Source: Octopus bimaculoides
Lineage: Eukaryota
Length of the DNA stretch: 64,000 nucleotides
Direction of reading: 5' to 3'
Assembly: GCF_001194135.2 (NCBI RefSeq)
Contig: NC_068982.1
Coordinates: 93,969,611 to 94,033,610 of the forward strand
Part shown: positions 52,341 to 64,000 of the stretch, in pieces
Layout: the number at the start of each line of letters is the position of its first letter
Numbering within the stretch: position 1 is the stretch's first letter
The notes under the pieces: generated by a model
What the model was told of the DNA's origin: nothing
What the model saw: the letters and a program-made list of their open reading frames with translations, nothing else
Database searches by the model: none
Position numbers and translations under genes: made by a program

Positions 52341-53630
52341 AAAATTTGCTATATATATAATAATAATATAGATTTAATCAAAAGATTAAATGTGGTACTT
52401 AAAATGTTTGAGACACCAGAATTTGGTAGGATAAAAACCAAAAACAAAATCAAGAGATTTGGTGAATAAAATTTGAAGTTAAGCAACAAAAATTCAATAG
52501 GTTATAACAGTACGTACGTTTCGTACAAGCTCCATTTATTCATGTAGTGATAACACTACAGAAAATACAATGAAAATGTACTCCTCAGCTGCATAAAGGA
52601 ATTTCATTTTAGAAAGTCATTTTGAAGATGTTTGCAAAGAACAAGAGTAAGAGAAGAAAACACATCTCGACTATGCTGCTGTTTCACAGACAAGTGAATC
52701 AAACAAGAATTTAAAATCTGCGCCTGGTGAAATACTTTTCATAAAAATCTTAATGTCTCTAATTTCACAGAAATTGTGACAAACTATTCGAGCTTTTAAT
52801 TCTTTATTCTGAATGCGATTTAACATTTTCCTCTTATTAAAATTACAAAGATGCTCGTTTCCATTTTTTATTATAAACATCTTTTAGTTTTTGCTTGAAA
52901 AGGGGCCGTGGATATATGGTTCTGCCGAATAAAAGATATCATTCTCATCCTCTGCCAATACAATCTTCAACAGTATGAGTGAAAATTTCCGATGAACAGT
53001 ATATAAATGTTACTGAACACTCCAAGCTGGATAGATAAAAGAGTCCCCCTTTACTCCTCTGTCTTTACTCCTATGATTTATACAGAATATTGAAAGCTTT
53101 CTGGGTAAAAATTGTGTAACATTTTACTCGATGTAACCAGCTTGCTGTACAGAATTATCTTTGCTTACTCCTATTTTATTTTATCAGATACACCAACCAA
53201 AACATACATAACCTTTGTCTTTTCGTTCTCAGTCGTTTATTCAGGTGAGAAAGGCACACTGCCAAGTGAGAGAGAGAGGGGTAGGTATTCTCAAACCAGA
53301 GACCAGACACGGAAGCTAGTAATAGAGTGAACTTCACGGAAAGCATCCGGATTAGATGGTGGCGTTAAAATCATTAATGATATAAGTATAAATTGTTCGT
53401 GAGCTGTATCGATGAGATACAAGGATATTAAAATGGGTGTCTACAAAAGATGGGCAAAGAAGCAATATATAAAGTTAAACTTAAATTACAATTGAACCCT
53501 TGCATCTTGGTTTCCATTGAAAATTGATCCAGATAATAGGAGAGTAAAATACTCGCTATTAGAAATTCAATAGAAGATACTAAACGTAAACAGGATTCAA
53601 ACTTTCATCTCGAGAAAAGAAGAGAGAGAG

Positions 53631-53680
<50 letters not shown>

Positions 53681-54968
53681 NNNNNNNNNNNNNNNNNNNN
53701 NNNNNNNNNNNNNNNNNNNNNNNNNNNNNNNNNNNNNNNNNNNNNNNNNNNNNNNNNNNNNNNNNNNNNNNNNNNNNNNNNNNNNNNNNNNNNNNNNNNN
53801 NNNNNNNNNNNNNNNNNNNNNNNNNNNNNNNNNNNNNNNNNNNNNNNNNNNNNNNNNNNNNNNNNNNNNNNNNNNNNNNNNNNNNNNNNNNNNNNNNNNN
53901 NNNNNNNNNNNNNNNNNNNNNNNNNNNNNNNNNNNNNNNNNNNNNNNNNNNNNNNNNNNNNNNNNNNNNNNNNNNNNNNNNNNNNNNNNNNNNNNNNNNN
54001 NNNNNNNNNNNNNNNNNNNNNNNNNNNNNNNNNNNNNNNNNNNNNNNNCACACACACACACACACACACACAGTCTCTCTAAAGGAGACTACGGCAGCGG
54101 TACTGGAAATTAATAGTTATCGCCAAGCCAACATGGCAGTCCCAAAATTAGGACGAAAGCTGCCGTGAATTAGCTCCAAGAAGGTTATAAAGGACACAGG
54201 TTTTACGCAATCCTGTAATAATAAAACTTGTTTAATATCCTATGCACATTTCAATGCAAGATCCCGACTCATTCTTGTCTGAGATAAGAAAATGGGGCCA
54301 AGTTACATTAATTCGTGGCAGACAACAAACAACAGACAACATTGTTAGTTGTACTTAAATTACATGTGTATAAAAAAATTATAATCAGGTTGTTTCGACA
54401 TGAACATATTGAAACTGCTTGCAATATCGGTTAAGAAAACCGTTATATAGTAAAGTAACTAAGTAGAGTTGTTAACCTAGGTTATTAACCTAGGATGTTA
54501 AGTAGCAACAAGCAAACGGCGCTGTATATTCAATAAAAACCGTTGGAATTTTGAAAGTAAATAAAACGAAGAAAGAAAAATGATCTGTTATAGATCTTAA
54601 TAGAAAAAACAAATATAAATTGATGGTCAAAGAGAGGTAAATCTAGTAAATAATATTGTGAATAATTATATCAAATAATTATATTTATTTTAAAGTTTAG
54701 AATAAGTTATGAGACTTGATTTAAGGATATGTAAACAAGATAAATTAGAAAATATAAATTATAAATTATAAAATAAAATAAATTAGGTCACATTCAAAGT
54801 GCAGCCATCAAAATTTTAAAAAATACATTACATTAGTTTAGTAGTGGAATTCAAATACAATATTAATGAAGGAAGGGATTTAATCAATAAGGTAAAAAGT
54901 AAACAATTATTACGATGCCATCGGTACTAAATTACATAGAATTATAAATGATAAATCAAGTAACTAAA

Positions 54969-55018
<50 letters not shown>

Positions 55019-55143
55019 CACATATATACATACATATATATATACATATATATATATATATACACCTATATATATACATATGTATATCTATATATGTATA
55101 AATATATAATACAAAGAATATGTGAGTATATGCCTATATACGT

Positions 55144-55568
55144 AGGAGTGGCTGTGTGGTAAGTAGCTTGCTTACCAACCACATGGTTCTGGGTTCAGTC
55201 CCACTGCGTGGCACCTTGGGTAAGTGTCTTCTACTATAGCCTCGGGCCGACCAAAGCCTTGTGAGTGGATTTGGTAGACGGAAACTGAAAGAAGCCCGTC
55301 GTATATATGTGTATATATGTGTGTATATGTGTGTATGAATGTGTATATGCTTGCGTGTCTGTGTTTGTCCCCCCAACATCGCTTGACAACCGATGCTGGT
55401 GTGTTTACGTCCCCGTAACTTAGCGGCTCGGCTAAAGAGACCGATAGAATAAGTACTAGGCTTCCAAAGAATAAGTCCTGGGGTCGATTTGCTCGACTAA
55501 AGGCGGTGCTCCAGCATGGGCACAGTCAAATGACTGAAACAAGTAAAAGAGTAAAGAGTAAAGAGTAC
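55144..55568 (+). mobile_element. tRNA-derived SINE, family 2, full length
   Basis: GGAGTGGCTGTGTGGTAAG (A box) and GGGTTCAGTCCC (B box), an internal (TA/TG)n tract, and a tail ending in (GTAAAGA)n. Confidence 0.9.
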
Positions 55569-56925
55569 ATGTATGTACATACCTACATCTACATGTATAT
55601 ATAGATACATATTTGGGTACAGGACGTCACAAAAACACGTGGACAAAATGAAAAACATATCATAAACAGAGCACAGAAAACAAATAGGCCACGTAGAGAA
55701 TATTTCCTTCATCAGCTGTCCCTATTCTAAACTAAGCGTTTCGNNNNNNNNNNNNNNNNNNNNNNNNNNNNNNNNNNNNNNNNNNNNNNNNNNNNNNNNN
55801 NNNNNNNNNNNNNNNNNNNNNNNNNNNNNNNNNNNNNNNNNNNNNNNNNNNNNNNNNNNNNNNNNNNNNNNNNNNNNNNNNNNNNNNNNNNNNNNNNNNN
55901 NNNNNNNNNNNNNNNNNNNNNNNNNNNNNNNNNNNNNNNNNNNNNNNNNNNNNNNNNNNNNNNNNNNNNNNNNNNNNNNNNNNNNNNNNNNNNNNNNNNN
56001 NNNNNNNNNNNNNNNNNNNNNNNNNNNNNNNNNNNNNNNNNNNNNNNNNNNNNNNNNNNNNNNNNNNNNNNNNNNNNNNNNNNNNNNNNNNNNNNNNNNN
56101 NNNNNNNNNNNNNNNNNNNNNNNNNNNNNNNNNNNNNNNNNNNNNNNNNNNNNNNNNNNNNNNNNNNNNNNNNNNNNNNNNNNNNNNNNNNNATATATAT
56201 ATATATATATACGTGTTTGTATGTGTGTGTTTGTGGACGTGTGTGTGAATGCGTGTGCGTATGTGTGTGTATTCATATGTATAATAAAATACTACCGGTT
56301 AAAAAGCAGCATTGTATCAAGAAAAACAACTCAACAAAATAACTATTTACTATAGTCGATATGATCGACTTAAAACACTTGACTGCCAGTAGTCATAGTC
56401 TAAAACCCCAAAACCACTAAAGAGTAAGAATTGTATAAATCTTCCAACTCTGTATATGAATGACAATAAATTTAAGGTATAAGCTGATTTTTCTTTTGAA
56501 ATTTCTTTCAGTAAATCTTGATGTGAATTGAGAATATGTTCAGTTGAATCAGATATAAAAATTGCTGCTATTTGTTGTTTTGAGTGACCATAATTATATT
56601 ATCAATTTAACGCAAATTAGATGTCGGCATTGATGCTAATTGGTATTCATGGGAATCAAAGACAGGTGACAAGATAAAGTAGCTATTGAGTCACTTATAT
56701 TTAGATATGTCATCAAGAATGACATGTTGGGGGTTGTCTGTGAGATTAAATCATTTATTGGGTGATAATATGTACTGTAGTATGCCATAAATGCTCGATT
56801 AACTCTCTGCCTCTTTGTCTCAATCTCCATCTCACTCACTCACTCACTCACAAGACATTCCAATATACGCAAATTATTCGTCTACTAAATTTATGCATTT
56901 TACTTAACACTAATGGTAATATCGT

Positions 56926-57310
56926 GGAGGCGCAATGGCCCAGTGGTTAGGGCAGCGGACTCGCGGCCATAGGATCGCGGTTTCGATTTCCAGACCGGGC
57001 GTTGTGAGTGTTTATTGAGCGAAAACACCTAAAACACCATAAGGCTCCGGCAGGGGATGGTGGCGAACCCTGCTGTACTCTTTCACCACAACTTTCTCTC
57101 ACTCTTACTTCCTGTTTCTGTTGTGCCTGTAATTCAAAGGGTCAGCCTTGTCACACTGTGCTATGCTGAATATCGCCGAGAACTACGTTAAGGGTACACA
57201 TGTCTGTGGAGTGCTCAGCCACTTGCACGTTAATTTCACGAGCAGGCTGTTCCGTTGATCGGATCAACTGGAACCCTCATCGTCGTAAGCGACGGAGTGC
57301 CAACAACAAC
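56926..57310 (+). mobile_element. tRNA-derived SINE, family 3, full length with TSD
   Basis: GGAGGCGCAATGGCCCAGTGGTTAGG...GGTTTCGATTTCC head and a (CAA)n tail. It is flanked by aatggtaatatc(g/a)t at 56912-25 and 57312-25. Confidence 0.9.
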
Positions 57311-57469
57311 AAATGGTAATATCATAACGTTTGCTCTCTGTGTCCCCGTTTCTTTCCCCTTAGCTCTTCCTCTCTGTCTTCTAACTTATCAACACTGATA
57401 TTGCATCAAAAATATACAATAATAAAATTAACGGGTACTTTTATTTTTTGAACTTTTATATAAGTTTCA

Positions 57470-57655
57470 GGTATTTGACTGCGGCCATGCTAAGGCACCA
57501 TCTTGAAAGATTTTACTTGAACGAATCGACACCCAAGAATTTTTGTAAATCCCGGTACTTATCTTATCAATCTCTTTTGCCGAATCGCTAATTTACAGGG
57601 ACGTAAACGCACCAGTACTGGCTGTCAAGCAGTGGTAGAGGACAAACATACACAC
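57470..57655 (-). mobile_element. SINE family 2, 3' half
   Basis: The reverse complement ends ggtgccttagcatggccgcagtcaaatacctgaaac. Confidence 0.8.
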
Positions 57656-57769
57656 ACATAACCATGTAAACATTTATGTATGTATGTATGTATGTATGTA
57701 TGTATGTATGTATGTATGCATGTATGTATGTATGTATGTATGTACGTACGTATGTATGTATGTACGTAC

Positions 57770-58400
57770 ACATATAAATGCATACATATATACACAAATA
57801 TAAATGCGTACATGTATACACATATATAGATGCATACATATATCCACACATATAGATACGTGAATATATACACATATATAAATGCGTACATATATACACA
57901 TATATAGAGACATACATATATATTTTGTTTTATTTCTTTATTGTCTACAGCGGGCTAAACACAGAAGGGACAAACAAGGACAGACAAAGAGATTAAGTCG
58001 ATTACCTCGATCGTAGTGCGTAACTGGTACTTATTTAATTGATCCCCAAAGGATGAAAGGCAAAGTCGACCTCGATGGAATTTGAACTCAGAACGTAACG
58101 GTAGACGAAATACCGCTAAGCATTTCGCCCGGCGTGCTAACGATTCTGCCAGCTCACCGCCCTATACATATATATATATACATATAAATGCATACATATA
58201 TGCACATATAAAAATGTGTACATGTATACACATATATATATAAATGCGTAGATATATACATATATACATATATACGTACTTTTATAAATGCATAAATATG
58301 CACACATATAAAGGTATACATATATACGCATATATAAATGCATACATATATATATATATATACATAGATAAATGTATACATATATGCCCACTATAGACAC
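57770..58400. repeat. About 26-bp microsatellite-derived minisatellite, interrupted by a SINE
   Basis: Repeating ataaatgc(a/g)tacatatatacacatat units lie on both sides of 57925-58161. Confidence 0.75.
57925..58161 (-). mobile_element. SINE family 1 with an alternative 3' tail
   Basis: Canonical head and body, but the tail is ...tttgtctgtccttgtttgtcccttctgtgtttagcccgctgtagacaataaagaaata. Confidence 0.88.
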
Positions 58401-59394
58401 GTACCTACAAATAAACTATATCTACAGTAACATATTCAGGGACACGTTCACATAAATATGCATACATACATACATACATACATACACACACACACGGACA
58501 CACACATGTATGTATACAAACACACATATAACAAGATATATACTTACAAATACAGATATACATATATAGAACATGTAGACGCATAAGCGCATACATTTAT
58601 TGGTGCACTTAGGTGTATAAGCATATACGGTCGCTTGAACATGCAAACATGTAAATAGTGGTGAGGGTAGTGGTGATGGGGCGTAAAAACACACATTTAC
58701 GAACATATAGATGCTCATATAAAGACAGTCGTATGTACAAACGTATATTTCTATGCCTAGGTATCCATATGCATCTACGTCAACATCGATAAGGCGACAA
58801 TTAGAGAGACGAGTCACAATGTCGACCAGTCATATTATATTGTATGATATATATATATATATAGACAGATATAGATATAGATAGATATACATGTATGTGT
58901 GCATGTGCCTGTGCCTGTGCCTGTGCGTGTGTGTGTGTGTGTGTGTGCGTGTGTGTGCGTGTGTGTGCGTGTGTGTGTGTGTGTGTGTGAATGTAAGTGA
59001 ATGACATTAATATAAGTAAAAAAAAGTAACTGAATAAATATCAAATAGACAAGAGAATAAATAAATAAATAAACACAAATGTGCATGAATAAAAGTCAGT
59101 GACCGATCGCTGACCTTTATTCGTATCCATCTATTTTCACCTGTTTAATTATATCTTTTATTCATTAATGTATTATTCATTAATGTATTATTTAATTTCT
59201 CTCTTCTATGTATGTCATTATTCAGTTTTATTTCAAGATTTCTTGCCAAAAGAGAAAGAACCGGTTTCTAATCTAGATCCAAGGCTCCTTCATTGGAATT
59301 TCAACATCAGCAACAGAGTATTTTTCTATGTACGTACGTACCTATGTATGTATGTATGTATGTATGTATGTATGTATGTATGTATGTATGTATA

Positions 59395-60230
59395 CGTGCA
59401 GATTTGTATGTTTTGCTTTTTTTATGTTTTGCTTTCTCATGTTTATAGTTGCATATCTAGACATTCACATACACTTAAATGATAAACTTTTGGAAAGTTT
59501 TGCTGATTTTTACAGTTCCAGTGATAACTTGGATCTGTAGTCTTTGAATCAACTTTCTCCTTTCTGGTTTTGAGAAGCCTAGTTTCTCAAGATTGGTATT
59601 TAGGCAGTGTTACATATCCCAGTGCCCCAATAATTACAGGTATAAAACCTTAACTTGTAATCTGGATAAAGTAACTACAGATTTCTCAATAGTTCAGCAT
59701 AAGTATTCTCTTTTTCACTGATCTTCAGCTTTATGTTAACATCCGCTGGGCAGCTGATTTCCACAACTGTACACAGTTTCTCTCTGTACGAAATCATTAT
59801 ATTAGGTGTATTGTGTTTACATTTTATTGAGGTTTTCACTGGAACATTCCACGAGTAGTTCTTTTTATTATGAGTGTCTATGGTTTCCACCATACTGTGG
59901 GTACTTATTTCTTTGTGCTCGGGATTATCCTTTCGATGGATCTTGTTATACAGTATCCTTCCTACGACATCATGTCTCATCGGCAGATAATACCCTGAGG
60001 ATATTTTCGGACAACTACTTATGATGTGGGTGATATCTTCGGTGTTAACTTCACAAAGTCTGCATTGGTTGTCGCATTTTACTGCTTTTCCTGCATCTCT
60101 GACCCTTTTGTGCGTCAGGTATTCGGTTGATATTTCCTGTTCCTGGTTTGCAAACGCATACTTTTTAAAGTGGGAGGTAGTTATCTGGTGGTTGGTCCAT
60201 GATAGACTGCAAAATATGTGCACAAACACA
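59395..60230 (-). mobile_element. RLE-type (R4-like) LINE, 3' part
   Basis: FANQEQEISTEYL...CRLCEVNTEDITHIISSC...RHDVVGR...KCKHNTPNIM...CTVVEISCPADVN. It ends in (ATAC)n. Confidence 0.9.
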
Positions 60231-60639
60231 TTCAGATACAAGTATAATCATACGCACGCACACGCAAACACACATGCACACACACACACACACATATATA
60301 TATACACGGACATATACATATATGTACACACACACACACACACACCTGTATTTTGCCTTCTGTTCACGTTTGAGTATGTGGAGTTTCACAGATTTTGATG
60401 CCAAACTTGGTCCATGATGTTGCAAATTCATAAGTGCTTGGGGTTATGAATTCATATGCTAGTGATTATATATATGACTTTTTCTGTGACTCATGTGATG
60501 TTATGAAAATGTGCAATGCATATATATCTGTGTAATAAGGGAATTCAGTATAAGTTTATGCATATTCTTCATATAATCCATAAAATCAATGTCCAGAGAA
60601 GAGGTTATCCAGGTTGAAGGGGTGGAAAAGTTATGTTTG

Positions 60640-62520
60640 AAATTTCGAATAAATGGGGAAGAAAACAATTATGCAACACAGCAAAAAACAGCGACTAATA
60701 TTCAGGGAGAAAAGGTTTCCTCCCTAATATTTAAAACGTTTACTATTGATGTATTTAGTTTTTCGATAATACTGAACGTGCATTTGCTGCCCTGCCCCCT
60801 GTATTCTGCTGGCTTTAGCTATAATGCTCCAGTTTATATGGTGGTTGTTCAAGCTCTTCTCTTCAATTGTCCATATCATATTGGATAAAGTGTTGTATGT
60901 CTTTTGCTTTTATCGCTGGACTAAGCCAAAAGCTGCATGCACCTCTCTTTGAAGGTGTTTCACGTCATTCTAATATAAATTTTTGTTGTTCCGTTCAAAT
61001 CCGCAATGCTAGCTTTGTACATTAATTCTTTTTCGAGGCACCTAATGTTCAGGAGAAAGCTGTCCTGACATCTACAATTACAGTATCTTTAGGAGAATGT
61101 TCCTAATCTTGTTATTTTTTATTGTGGTTAAAAATGTTCGCCCTTGTGTTCGGGAGGGGATATGGGTAACTTAGAACGTATTTATTTTGAAAATCTTGCG
61201 ATATTTATATGAGGGGGAAAATTGTGATCTAAGAGTTTCAGGAATTTCTTGTTATGTTCGTGGTTACATTCATGCTATATAGGGATTTGTACTATAAAAG
61301 TTTTCTCCGTCTATGTCTTCTTGGTAATCAACATTTGATTTAATATAAATTATACTACTCTTAAAACTGATCTTTCTGATGCAGCGTTGTGGTACGGAGC
61401 AGCCTTTATGAAAGTAGCTTTACCAACGGATAGGTTGGAAGCACGCCTGCTACTGCTTTTAACTAACTGTTTGATTATTGACGGTGAGTAGTTAGAGTCC
61501 ATATCAATATAGGAGTTACCCTCATTTGGTTTGTGGTAGGATTTAAATTTGTTTGTGCTAACATTCATATCAATGTCTTGGAAATCTAGGTATTTATGGT
61601 GAGTGTCAATTGTAGTTCATAGGTTCAGTTGGCTAAATATTTTGCATTATTCTTTTTCCTTATATCTATATCGTGTCAATTTTTGTTGTTTACCACTCCA
61701 AGACCGTCGCCTCGATATACCCCTCTGTCAGCGTATTTTATATCTTTTTTAAGGACATCTAGAATATAAAGGCCAATCAGATCAGCTATCTCCGCACCGT
61801 CATAGATCCTCTTAGTGACATCAAATAGCTCATCCCCATTCTTTTTCACCCAATAGGAATTATCCTGAAAGATTAATGACTTCCTTACATTTGATATAAT
61901 GGCTACATCAATATTAGTGGAGGAGGCTCAAATGTGTCGTAACTTACTGGTACACCTATTTTGTTTTTCGTGAGATTTATCTTCAGCCAGGGTCTTGCAT
62001 AAAGTTGTCTCTGGTCTTTCAGGGTTACAAAAGCTTTTCGTGGGGTGAGTTTTAAAATCGAAGATAGAACATCTTCGATTTTAAATTTCATAGCTAGGTT
62101 TTTTGCCTAAACGTTGATTGCATTGTAAGTGGTTGGGTTCGTTTTCTTATATGTTTTAGCTATGCTATCGAATTGCATTTTGTTATATGTGTGATTATCT
62201 ACAGCATAAAGAATTTTTTGCTTTATCTGTTTTTATGAGTTTAGAGAGTTTTTGAAAGGTTCAAGAAATGTTTGTAGTTTGTGTTAGGAGCTGTTTGATC
62301 TATGGTTTGATTTGATATTTTTTAACTAATTTTATGAGGAGAAAGGAAGAGAGAAAAAACTAAGGAGTATATATAAAAGACAAAATGAGATAACAAAGCC
62401 AAGGCTGTGAAGAATTTTCAGGAAATTTATAAGGAAAAAGATATAGATATATTCTTACAGCTGTGACTGGGATATTATGGATATCCCTTCATCAGAGACG
62501 ATGTGAGATGGTCAAATAGA
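60640..62520 (-). mobile_element. Decayed Penelope-like element (Naiad-like), RT plus GIY-YIG
   Basis: KAFVTLKD, YHKPNEGNSYIDMDSNYSPSIIKQL and LSNMIWTIEE...INWSIIAKAS. A hammerhead-like motif lies upstream at 62452-62500. Confidence 0.7.
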
Positions 62521-62689
62521 GGTAAATATTTGAGTTCGAAATAAGGAATTATTATGGAAAAGGATGAGATAAAGAATATAGAGGGAAAGAAGAGAATGAA
62601 AGTAGAAATAAAATATAAAATATATAAAGATATTGTACTTGCAGTTCTATTATTCGAGAAACGTGGTGTATAGAAGTGTTAAAAATGTT

Positions 62690-63690
62690 TCCAACCAACC
62701 ACTCACTATTTGTGTTTTCATTGAGGTGGCTCCATTGGCCACTACTGCCTAACTTCTATCTTTCAGAAAGTCCTGTAACCACTCTCCAAGTTTTCCAGCT
62801 ATACTGAGATCTCGCAGTTTGCGGCATATCATACCATGATCCACCTTGTCAAAAGCTTTTTCAAAATCAAGGTATATTACGTCCACATTTGAGTTGTTGA
62901 GTAACTGCCTCAACACCCAGTCATAATGTTGTAAGAGCTGAGTCAGGCAGCTCCTATCTGGTCGAAAATCATGCTGGGTATCACTCAGAAAGTTATTTTC
63001 TTCAAGGAATGCGATTAGTTTCCCTCTGACTACCCGCTCCATGACTTTGCTGATGTGTGAAATCAGATAGGCCTATGGTTTTTGGCATCTGCTCTGCTTC
63101 CCCCTTTATGGATTGGGCATATTACTCCCTCCTTCAGCTTGCTTGGCAGTCTGCCATTTGCAAGAAAGCTCTGGAAGAGAATCTGGTGGGGTTTTGCCAG
63201 GGCACGCTTACACGATTTGAGGAGGATTGCTGGGAAACCATCAGGACCAGCAGTTAAGTTTGCGTTCACTTCATCTATGGCTTGTAGTATATCTTCTTCA
63301 CTAATGTTGATGTATTCTATCGTAACTGTCTGGTTGGTTATAGGTGAGACGGCAAAGAAGTTAACTGGTTCGTTCACTTGTCTGTGTTCCAACAGGGTGG
63401 TAAAGGCACTTTTGAACTGGTCATGGTTGGACTATCTGTCAGGGAGACATCTTTTTGGAAGAGGGGTCCCCATTTACAGCGTACTGAGGCTGTTTCTTTC
63501 GAGTAATGAAAGAAGGCCTTTGGGTTTGACTTAATGTTTTTTATAACCCAGGCTTCTTTATCTGTTCTCTCCCTCACATAGGATTGTTGCAGCCTTTTTT
63601 TTATCAGTGTTGTTTTTAGGCAGCACCTTTCGCTACTTTTGGGATGTTGCTTGAGTCGATTTGCAGCATTGTTTGTGCATATTTGCAACA
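62690..63690 (-). mobile_element. CR1-group LINE, RT N-terminal part
   Basis: IKSNPKAFFHYSKE, TAGPDGFPAILLK, VICPIHKGGSRADAKNHRPI and QHDFRPDRSCLTQLL...VIYLDFEKAFDKVDH. Confidence 0.9.
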
Positions 63691-63725
63691 CATATGCATA
63701 TATATACACATACACGCATACAGGT

Positions 63726-64000
63726 TTTCAGAGACCGGATTAGCACGTTAGTAAAGAGGGCTTTGACGGGAGCCAAATGGTGGTTTGCCCTCAAGAGAGC
63801 AATAAAAGCAGAAGCGGTTAGGTATAGCAAAGCACTAGCCATAGACAGAAACAGAGTAGAGGGTGAGCTAGTTAAGAAGCTAGAAGAGGCAATTAGAAGT
63901 GGCATCGCATCCGACGTTTTGGCGGCGAGGTTGGCCCTAGACCAACACTTCAACGCCAAACACGAAGGGTGCGTTGTCAGGGCTAGGATGCGTGCTCTAA
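63726..64000 (+). mobile_element. Tx1/L1-clade LINE ORF2 fragment, open to the window end
   Basis: FRDRISTLVKRALTGAKWWFALKRAIKAEAVRYSK...FNAKHEGCVVRARMRAL resembles the linker after the endonuclease (WW..LK..IK, G..VRAR). Confidence 0.75.

Noticed and set aside
55700-55743. Hammerhead halves GAAAC...CTGATGA on the minus strand
   Set aside because: The required stems do not form, and the rest lies in an N-gap.
56926-57000. tRNA gene
   Set aside because: The tRNA-like head continues into a SINE body, tail and TSD, and the cloverleaf is imperfect.

Overview
This is AT-rich eukaryotic DNA with many N-gaps and very dense microsatellites. The tRNA-derived SINE families and repeat content look like an octopus (cephalopod) draft assembly; that is an inference from recalled repeat sequences, not a database result. 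I found no intact host protein-coding gene, rRNA, true tRNA or CRISPR array. Most ORFs in the supplied track are microsatellite or N-gap artefacts, or antisense frames of transposons. The window is a transposon graveyard. It holds a full-length mariner, a decayed MULE transposase, RTE, CR1 and Tx1 LINE pieces, several Penelope-like elements (PLEs), a Gypsy gag remnant, a solo LTR and four SINE families. It also holds about nine restriction-like-endonuclease (R4/Dong-type) LINE fragments. Four observations stand out. (1) At 34.5-44.6 kb, R4/Dong elements are chained together through their own (TAA)n/(GAA)n tails, which implies microsatellite-targeted nesting. (2) Minimal type I hammerhead ribozyme motifs occur in short PLE- or retrozyme-like repeats at 49.6-52.3 kb and at 62.5 kb. 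(3) A compact four-way-junction RNA candidate at 54.1 kb carries half of a hammerhead core. (4) SINE 3' tails match the CR1 and Tx1 LINE ends present in the same window. All translations and folds were done by eye. Element boundaries are approximate unless TIRs or TSDs are quoted.
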